From assembly GCA_947165335.1 (NCBI GenBank), contig CAMVAB010000001.1, positions 1 to 59,004 of the forward strand: a stretch of 59,004 bases of DNA. The letters are read 5' to 3'. How positions within the stretch are numbered: position 1 is the first letter of the stretch; every line of letters starts with the position of its first letter. Source of the DNA: an uncultured Pseudomonadota bacterium. GTDB taxonomy: Bacteria; Pseudomonadota; Alphaproteobacteria; Rs-D84. Below, one piece after another: positions 31,493 through 37,769 of the stretch. The notes below the pieces were generated by a model that worked only from the letters and a program-made list of their open reading frames with translations, had not been told where the DNA came from and made no database searches. A program made the position numbers and the translations under genes.

Positions 31493-31783
31493 TTATTTTT
31501 TCTTTGCTACTTTTTTAACTGCTTTTTTTGCAGCTGGTTTTTTAGCAGGTGCTTTTTTTGCAACTGGTTTTTTTGCAGCTACTTTTTTTGCAGGTGCTTT
31601 TTTAGCAACTGGTTTTTTTGCAACTACTTTTTTTGCAACTGGTTTTTTTGCAGGTGCTTTTTTAGCAACTGGTTTTTTTGCTGCTGGTTTTTTAGCAGCT
31701 ACTTTTTTTGCAGGTGCTTTTTTTGCAGCTGGTTTTGCAGCTGGTTTTTTAGCGCATGCACATTTTTTCTTTAAACCGAACAT
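31493..31783 (-). CDS. Histone H1-like Lys/Ala/Pro repeat protein
   Basis: About 17 tandem AKK(P/V/A)(A/V) pentapeptides, encoded by 15-nt DNA repeats. Confidence 0.6.
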   Translation of the reverse strand: MFGLKKKCACAKKPAAKPAAKKAPAKKVAAKKPAAKKPVAKKAPAKKPVAKKVVAKKPVAKKAPAKKVAAKKPVAKKAPAKKPAAKKAVKKVAKKK

Positions 31784-31880
31784 TTGTCTCTCCTTGATTA
31801 AAGTTCTTGGCTAGAACAAAAATTTTTTTGTTCTTGTTTTATATTTTATATGAAATGAAATAAATAGTAAAGAATAAAAA

Positions 31881-32540
31881 TTATTTTGAATATAATTTTT
31901 TAAAACCATTTTCTATTTTACGAACATATTCTGGATCTTGATCTCGCCAATATTTTGGATCACGCATCATATCACGCAACATATCGTCAGTTAAATTTTC
32001 TGTTGCATTTTTATCTGTTAAAACTGTTGGTTCAAAAGATTGCATCATCTTGTATATGCCTTGAATTCCCTGGGGTGTAGAACACAATTCATCGAAAGCA
32101 TCTGCGGGTAAAAACTTTTCACCGAACGCATTTATTTCACGCATTGCATCATTCATTTTTTGTGTTGAACCAAAAAAATTTTTTAATTCATTTATTGCAT
32201 TATTTTGATTTTGTAATTCAAATAAATTTTTTAATGTCGGTTGTAAAAATTCTTCAGCAATAGAATAAATTTTTTCAACTTGTTTTGAAGTTAAACCAAT
32301 TTCATGAAATTTTTCACGCACCGATTCGTTATCAAACAAATCATTTTTTGGATATTCGTTTGCTGTATCAGGCACACCAATTGCATGATTAAATTTTTGT
32401 TTTGCATTTTCATCGTCATCATCTTTTGGCAACGATATCATACTGCTCATCTTTTTTTCGAGTTCACAATATGATTTAACCAGCGCAGATGTATTTAATT
32501 CGCCATTATCATCTAAAAACTTTTCTGGGATTTGTTCCAT
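31881..32540 (-). CDS. Capsid scaffolding/assembly protein
   Basis: Acidic helical protein. N-terminus IPEKFLDDNGELNTSALVKSYCELEKK is typical of podovirus scaffolds. Lies upstream of the capsid gene. Confidence 0.55.
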   Translation of the reverse strand: MEQIPEKFLDDNGELNTSALVKSYCELEKKMSSMISLPKDDDDENAKQKFNHAIGVPDTANEYPKNDLFDNESVREKFHEIGLTSKQVEKIYSIAEEFLQPTLKNLFELQNQNNAINELKNFFGSTQKMNDAMREINAFGEKFLPADAFDELCSTPQGIQGIYKMMQSFEPTVLTDKNATENLTDDMLRDMMRDPKYWRDQDPEYVRKIENGFKKLYSK

Positions 32541-32731
32541 TATTTCTTTCCTTTGGTTGAAGATTCTTGTTTAAGAAAATAAATGCCGGATAATGTAAAT
32601 ATTGTTTGAAGCATTGTAAAAATATCTTCATCACCTATTAAATAAGCCCCGACTGCAGACAAAATACCTATACCAGACACAATATATGTTTTTTTACCTT
32701 TTAAATAACCACCATGTATAAATTTGTTCAT
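32540..32731 (-). CDS. Holin-like small membrane protein (63 aa)
   Basis: Start MNKFIHGG with an AAAGGA RBS. Two hydrophobic helices and a charged C-terminus. Adjacent to the hydrolase gene. Confidence 0.45.
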   Translation of the reverse strand: MNKFIHGGYLKGKKTYIVSGIGILSAVGAYLIGDEDIFTMLQTIFTLSGIYFLKQESSTKGKK

Positions 32732-32747
32732 TAAAAAATCCTTTGAT

Positions 32748-33158
32748 TTATAAATAAAACAATATATCTGAATATTCCGCAATATAACCACGCGACATCG
32801 CCCAATCTGGAATGATGTCTGTATGATGAAATTTTGTTGCACCAAAAACATAGTCTCGTAAATTACCATGCAACATTGTTTGAACAACTCTTAAACACAT
32901 TTGGAATTTTTTATCGGATGCTGGCACAGAAAGATTTTTATATCGTTTTGATTTTTTGTTTAATGCGTCGAAAGTGTCAGTGTCTTTTGCAATATCATCG
33001 AAAGATTTATTATATTTAATATGAATATTATAAATCATAGATGCAAACGCTTCGACCACAGCCAACGATTCAGCATTTGTTTCTGCATATACTATGCGTG
33101 CCAGTTTATATTGAATGATTTTTGAATCATCAACATTTGTAATTAAATTTAAATGCAT
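32748..33158 (-). CDS. Cell wall hydrolase (SleB/Hydrolase_2-like endolysin)
   Basis: Start MHLNLITN. Pattern ARIVYAETN...FDALN...GATKFHH...IPDWA is typical of the family. Confidence 0.6.
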   Translation of the reverse strand: MHLNLITNVDDSKIIQYKLARIVYAETNAESLAVVEAFASMIYNIHIKYNKSFDDIAKDTDTFDALNKKSKRYKNLSVPASDKKFQMCLRVVQTMLHGNLRDYVFGATKFHHTDIIPDWAMSRGYIAEYSDILFYL

Positions 33159-33304
33159 GGTTAAATCCGTTTTGTATAAAAAAAGCCGCACAAAAACTGT
33201 GCGGGATAAAAACAAGGGTAAAAAAAATCCGCTAAAACGCGGACAGACTTCTTACTCTTGATGCATACTATAATATCACAAATTGCATTAAAAGTCAAGA
33301 ATAT

Positions 33305-33970
33305 TTAAATACTGATTTCATCGGCATAGGTTAACATATATTTACTGTCGCATCTTAAAACCAACGCACCATCTTCATTTAAACCAATTAATTCAGCGAC
33401 TTTTCCATGATATTGAATTGTTTTATTTATTGCCGCAGCCAATTCAGTCCAACGTTCACGAACGATTGAAAAATCGGCACAGCGCCATTTATCTATTTTT
33501 TTCATCAACACAGCCAACACATCATTAACAGAAACTTTTGCATATTCAATCATCTTGGTTGTTTTGTATTCTTTGACAGTTGGACAAGTTTCAACATTTA
33601 TACCGATACCAATGATCACAAAATTTTGAGAATATTCTATTAAAATACCGCTTATCTTTTTTCCATTTATTAAAATATCATTTGGCCATTTGATTTGTGG
33701 TGTTATACCAAAAGCAATCATAGTTTCAGCAACCGCAACAGCAATAGAATAAGATAATTTTGGGTCGCGTTCACCTGTTTTGAATATGAAAGAAGCGTAT
33801 AAATTACCATGATGAGAAACCCATGTGCGTTTATAACGACCGCGCCCTGCACTTTGCGCCAAAGCAGTCACAACAGTTTTATTGGTGGCTTCGCCATGGG
33901 CGATTAAATCATGAGCATAATCTTGAGTACTTGGGATTTTATCTAAAGATATTAATTTATATGCGTCCAA
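33305..33970 (-). CDS. birA: Biotin-[acetyl-CoA-carboxylase] ligase (class I, no N-terminal HTH)
   Basis: GRGRYKRTW biotin-binding loop in a 221-aa protein. Confidence 0.88.
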   Translation of the reverse strand: MDAYKLISLDKIPSTQDYAHDLIAHGEATNKTVVTALAQSAGRGRYKRTWVSHHGNLYASFIFKTGERDPKLSYSIAVAVAETMIAFGITPQIKWPNDILINGKKISGILIEYSQNFVIIGIGINVETCPTVKEYKTTKMIEYAKVSVNDVLAVLMKKIDKWRCADFSIVRERWTELAAAINKTIQYHGKVAELIGLNEDGALVLRCDSKYMLTYADEISI

Positions 33971-34382
33971 TCTTATATTTCCCGTCTATGTTTTGTATGA
34001 TATCACATCCATATGTTTTTCGCAATTGATAAACAGCATTTTCCACTGCATGCGTTTTTACATTTGGCAGAACACCAATCATATCTTTTAATTCACGCAT
34101 TGTAATATTTGGATTTTTATAAAGAAAAACTATGATTTTATGCTGCAATGAAGGCAAAACAACATCACTTCCGAAAACATCATTTATAATGTCTTTGTTT
34201 TCAAAAGCCGCCAAAATGGCAGTTTGCAATTTCGGAACTGAAATAGGTGCTTTGATTTTAATATCATCGAACACGACATCTGCGACATTTGGCGAATCGA
34301 CCATATCTGCACCCAAATCAGTCAGAATACGATACCAACATTCATCCGAAGCAAAGATTTTTATATTTTCCAACATACCCAC
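33957..34382 (-). CDS. Hypothetical protein with C-terminal winged-helix (BirA-N-terminal-like HTH)
   Basis: The C-terminus ...NITMRELKDMIG...VENAVYQLRKTYGCDIIQNIDGKYKI resembles the BirA/HTH_11 wHTH. Overlaps the birA start by 14 nt. Confidence 0.45.
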   Translation of the reverse strand: MGMLENIKIFASDECWYRILTDLGADMVDSPNVADVVFDDIKIKAPISVPKLQTAILAAFENKDIINDVFGSDVVLPSLQHKIIVFLYKNPNITMRELKDMIGVLPNVKTHAVENAVYQLRKTYGCDIIQNIDGKYKIGRI

Positions 34383-34425
34383 ACAATAGCCGATTTCAGC
34401 GCATTGTGCAAGATTTTATTATATA

Positions 34426-34668
34426 CTAGATAGTATGCGAATTGGACGGGATAAATTTAGTAAAATCTTCGAGATTTGCACCAGTAGACGCTAATATTTT
34501 TGAAATACTGTTGGTTGACGGCCATCTGGGTTGACCTTGTTTAGACCAACGTTTGCTTTTATTAAATGTTGTTGGGTCCAGACCGCTACACTTTGCAAGT
34601 CCCGAACAAGACATATTGTGTTCCATAGCAAATTTTTCTATTGCCGACCAAACATCATCATGTGTCAT
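34426..34668 (-). CDS. CI/LexA-like repressor N-terminal HTH domain only (no S24 peptidase domain)
   Basis: ...SCSGLAKCSGLDPTTFNKSKRW...PRWPSTNSISKILASTG is typical of the N-terminus of alphaproteobacterial S24-family repressors. The ORF stops after about 80 aa. Confidence 0.6.
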   Translation of the reverse strand: MTHDDVWSAIEKFAMEHNMSCSGLAKCSGLDPTTFNKSKRWSKQGQPRWPSTNSISKILASTGANLEDFTKFIPSNSHTI

Positions 34669-34843
34669 AGTATTTTTCTCCTGTAACTGCATCAGTTTCC
34701 CAATTCAACATCCATATATTACGGCTTTTTCAAGCAAATTTTCATTTGTTTGTTTTCCTAGGTAAAAAGGCAGAAAAATATACAAAAAAATTTTTTTGAC
34801 AAAAATACTTGACAAATCGTATTTTATGTATTACATTTCGATT

Positions 34844-35026
34844 CGTCAAAGGATGAATAATCGTTTGACTATATCGGGCCCAGAGTTTTCAGACTCCCTC
34901 CTACATTCTCTCTCCTCTGGACTTTGGGCCCAAACACGAGTTTCGGGATGCCCATTTCTTTTTCTCCTTTCCTTCCTTTCAGGGCATCCAGAAAAACACC
35001 ACCCAAACGGGTGGTGTTTCTTTTTG
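34844..35026 (+). ncRNA. Candidate small RNA with CU-rich (anti-SD-like) loops
   Basis: Promoter TTGACA(34809)-17 nt-TACATT(34832). Three stem-loops, two with large loops (CUCCCUCCUAC and CUCCUUUCCUUCC). Terminator aaacaccaccc-aaac-gggtggtgttt followed by a T-run. Confidence 0.35.
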
Positions 35027-35037
35027 AAACAGGACAA

Positions 35038-36060
35038 TTACATCCGCAACAAATATTTTTTCACGAACCAGCCTGAATTCAACTGAATTGCCAAATTTAA
35101 AAAATATTTTTTAAAATTGAAACAATTCGCCCATCTGGTCCAACCAAACAAAGACGCCATCTGTCCGATTGAAAGTTCATTAAAATCTTTGTGTTGAATT
35201 ATGTTTATAATTCTGTTTTTCAATCTTTTTGCTGTTTTTTTTCGCATTAAAATAAAACCATTGAAATGCCGATAACCTATGAAAGGGATTCCATCCAAAG
35301 TTCTTTTCAAATCAGCCTTTGATAAAATCATACTTAAATTTTGTTCAAGAAAGTTTTTAATTTTACTTTTCATGGAATGCAGTTGTTTTTTATCATTGCT
35401 GTACAAACAGAAATCATCGCAATATCGAATATAATCACGACAATGTAAATCATGTTTTACAAATTGATCAAGTTCATTTAAATAAACATTTCCCATCCAC
35501 TGCGAAGTAAGATTACCAATAGGCAAATTAGTATTTCCCCCCACAGAATCTATTATTTCAGATAACACACGCATTATGCGTCTGTCATGAATTTTACGTT
35601 TTACGATATTTTTCATAATTTCATGGTTAATAGATGGGAAAAATTTCCGTATATCACATTGTAAAACATATTTATTGCGCCGTATGAAGTGCATAGTTTT
35701 TTGTGATGCCCCCAAAAGTCCACGTCCAGGGATACAAGCATAAGAATCTTTGATGAAAGATTTTTGCCAAATTGGCCCCAAAACATTTATCAAAGCATGA
35801 TGGACAATATGGTCGGGATACAATGGCAATTTATAAATTATGCGTTGTTTTGGTTCATAAATTTTGAAAGTTTTATAACATGAAGTTTTATATTTACCGG
35901 TTTTAAGACTATTTCTTAATTTTTCTATAAATTCATCTTTGTGTGCCAGAAAATGTTTAACAGATTTCTTTGATTTTTTGCTTTTAATAGCCTTTTTTAC
36001 AGCTAATTCGAAATTTTCTTTTGAAATGAATTTGTCCCACAAATTTTTATAAGTTTTCAT
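35038..36060 (-). CDS. DGR-type reverse transcriptase
   Basis: Motif 4 IGNLTSQ (the DGR signature I/LGxxxSQ), YCDD catalytic box, N-terminus NLWDKFISKENFELAVKKA. The ORF-track start at 36096 is also possible. Confidence 0.9.
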   Translation of the reverse strand: MKTYKNLWDKFISKENFELAVKKAIKSKKSKKSVKHFLAHKDEFIEKLRNSLKTGKYKTSCYKTFKIYEPKQRIIYKLPLYPDHIVHHALINVLGPIWQKSFIKDSYACIPGRGLLGASQKTMHFIRRNKYVLQCDIRKFFPSINHEIMKNIVKRKIHDRRIMRVLSEIIDSVGGNTNLPIGNLTSQWMGNVYLNELDQFVKHDLHCRDYIRYCDDFCLYSNDKKQLHSMKSKIKNFLEQNLSMILSKADLKRTLDGIPFIGYRHFNGFILMRKKTAKRLKNRIINIIQHKDFNELSIGQMASLFGWTRWANCFNFKKYFLNLAIQLNSGWFVKKYLLRM

Positions 36061-36108
36061 TTTTATTCTTCTTTTGTTTTCTTGAAACATCACCACAAAA
36101 AGAACACT

Positions 36109-36435
36109 TTAAGAAAAACTGTAATATCTTTGTACATGAACAACGGTTCCAACGAAAGGTATTTGGTTTGAAAATTCTTTTACCTGTTTAGTTAAAACAC
36201 TGCTGCCTGTAAACAAAACACAAACTTCGCCATCCAATAAGAATTGTAATTGCAAACATTCTGTGCCGTCTTTTTGTTTTGAACGTCTTATTCTGTAATC
36301 GATAACTTTGATTTCGCGGTTAACAATTTCATCAAGACGCTTTTTATTCCCAGGCATAGGCGTTTGATCTTTTGCAAAAACCGAAAATTTTGGACATTCT
36401 GTATTTTTTATTTTTTCAATTTCATCAAATGTCAT
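36109..36435 (-). CDS. 108-aa ORF between TR and RT (candidate non-Avd DGR accessory protein)
   Basis: Intact ORF with a purine-rich stretch (AAAGAGAGAAAA) just upstream of the ATG. Predicted beta-rich and basic (KVIDYRIRRSKQKDG). No resemblance to the helical Avd. Confidence 0.5.
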   Translation of the reverse strand: MTFDEIEKIKNTECPKFSVFAKDQTPMPGNKKRLDEIVNREIKVIDYRIRRSKQKDGTECLQLQFLLDGEVCVLFTGSSVLTKQVKEFSNQIPFVGTVVHVQRYYSFS

Positions 36436-36460
36436 TTTTCTCTCTTTTTTTTTGTATATT

Positions 36461-36513
36461 GGATATCCCGGACGTTCGCCACGATACAGAACAAACTACT
36501 AGTCCAGATATCC
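36461..36513 (-). other. Long hairpin in the TR-downstream spacer of the DGR RNA
   Basis: GGATATCCCGGAC...GTCCAGATATCC form a roughly 12-bp stem with one bulge. Confidence 0.5.
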
Positions 36514-36703
36514 CCTGCGTATTGTGTTTGATCCAAAGAAAAATAATTTTCCCGGACAGGTTACATCGTCCCACCTTTGATGTGAAAAGGTCTTGTCCAA
36601 ACAGATATCGTTGTCGTCGATACCTGAAAAGTGCCAATGCACTTTGTCCTGCAGGTTAGCCAAACTTTGATCCCTTTGATCTCTGTTGTACCTTTCCAAA
36701 GGA

Positions 36704-36838
36704 GCGACCGACCCGAAAAGCCCGACGCGCATAGCTTCGTTGTTCCGGGCGTTGTTGCCACAGTTGTTCGTGCAATTCGAAGCGCACGAGGCGGCGGACC
36801 CGTTGTCGTTGTTGAACACCCAAAGCGACGCCACGGGA
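36704..36838 (-). repeat. DGR template repeat (TR)
   Basis: 135 nt, GC-rich, non-coding (no start codon). 25 adenines in the sense strand, mostly in AAC codons. Matches VR1 and VR2 except at adenines. Confidence 0.92.
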
Positions 36839-37207
36839 AAAACCCCACGCCACACAACAGCCATCGCACAACCGATTACGACGATGCAACCCAGTTCCGT
36901 ATGGCGGAACCATTCCCAAAAGATTCATGGTGAAATCTTTTGATGATGTATTCTTGTGTTCAAACACATCATTAAAAGATGGTTCTCTCCCCCCCCGTGT
37001 GTGTGGGGGGGGAACCTATTGACCTTCTTTTATAAAGCAAAGGTTTTTCAGGCCGAAACAAAGAAGGTCAATTTCGGCCTGTCCCGCTTTACTGCGGGAC
37101 AGGCGATGTGGGGATTCTCCCCACACCCCTGTTTGCGGCATATCGTGTTTCACACGATATGCAAACCGTTCTGCCGTGCCGCGTGTATTCGCCCCGTTTC
37201 GTTCACA

Positions 37208-37675
37208 TCATTGTGCGACCGACCCGAAAAGCCCGACGCGCATAGCTTCGACGTACCGGGCGTAGTAGCCACAGTAGTACGTGCAACTCGAAGCGCACGA
37301 GGCGGCGGACCCGTAGTCGCCGTTGAACACCCAAAGCGACGCCACGGGATGAGTCATTTTACACCAACAATAACGTCCATATTTTTCACTGCCCTGAACA
37401 AGGTTGGTTTCCCCGTTGTTCGTATCAGTCAACTGCGATTCGTAATACCCCATCGATTTACCCTGGCCCGTATTTAAACACGCAGAAATACCGTATATCA
37501 TGCCGTATGGAAACGTCGCATTCCAAAGCCCTGCTGTCGCATCGTATGTCCCCCCAGCAGTCCCGGCAACCGTTGGATCCAATACCACCACCACAGAATT
37601 ATCAACCGCACACATCGTCGTCGCAAATGACGGTATCGTTATCATCATCATCAATGCTGTTATAATCCGTTTCAT
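37208..37675 (-). CDS. DGR variable protein 1 (155-aa secreted Cys-rich protein)
   Basis: Start MKRIITALMMM with an AAGGAAAG RBS and a signal peptide. C-terminus is YCWCK...SLWVFNGDYGSAASCASSCTYYCGYYARYVEAMRVGLFGSVAQ. Confidence 0.85.
   Translation of the reverse strand: MKRIITALMMMITIPSFATTMCAVDNSVVVVLDPTVAGTAGGTYDATAGLWNATFPYGMIYGISACLNTGQGKSMGYYESQLTDTNNGETNLVQGSEKYGRYCWCKMTHPVASLWVFNGDYGSAASCASSCTYYCGYYARYVEAMRVGLFGSVAQ
37215..37349 (-). repeat. DGR variable repeat 1 (VR1)
   Basis: 135 nt colinear with TR. 11 mismatches, all at TR adenines. Confidence 0.92.
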
Positions 37676-37769
37676 CTTTTCTTTCCTTTTGTTTTGCTTC
37701 TTCCCCGTCCGCTTCTGATTCTTCCCTTGGGGGGAATACTCGCGCAGCAAGAGAGGATAGAATCCCCTT

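Larger units (their letters stand above)
20994..33158 (-). mobile_element. Podovirus-like structural/packaging/lysis module (cryptic prophage or domesticated particle locus)
   Basis: Co-oriented genes for hydrolase, holin-like protein, scaffold, capsid, tail tubular A and B, terminase and portal. Interrupted by the dnaB cassette. No integrase or replication genes seen. Confidence 0.7.

Noticed and set aside
31403-31774. 123-aa Phe/Cys-rich + strand ORF
   Set aside because: It is the antisense reading of the (AKKPA)n repeat gene. The low-complexity FFC repeats are a by-product of the 15-nt tandem repeats.
31493-31783. Regular short repeats that could be mistaken for a CRISPR array
   Set aside because: The 15-nt period has no unique spacers, and the repeats are in frame and coding for a Lys/Ala/Pro repeat protein.
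35038-36096. RT as a retron or group II intron RT
   Set aside because: No intron RNA domains, maturase/En domains or msr/msd-like repeats are visible. The IGNLTSQ motif and the TR/VR pairs with adenine-only mismatches point to a DGR instead.
36499-36967. Several overlapping ORFs on both strands (36499-36864, 36561-36869, 36631-36933, 36656-36967, 36686-36943) in the TR region
   Set aside because: They are artefacts of a GC-rich non-coding template repeat. The TR reading frame has no plausible start or RBS, and its only coherent frame mirrors the VR frame without a gene context.
36956-37477. 173-aa + strand ORF, with analogous ORFs at 58041-58403 (-) and 58102-58383 (+), overlapping VR1/VR2
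   Set aside because: These are antisense or out-of-frame readings through GC-rich VR sequence and hairpins. The real genes are the minus-strand variable proteins, which have signal peptides and RBSs.
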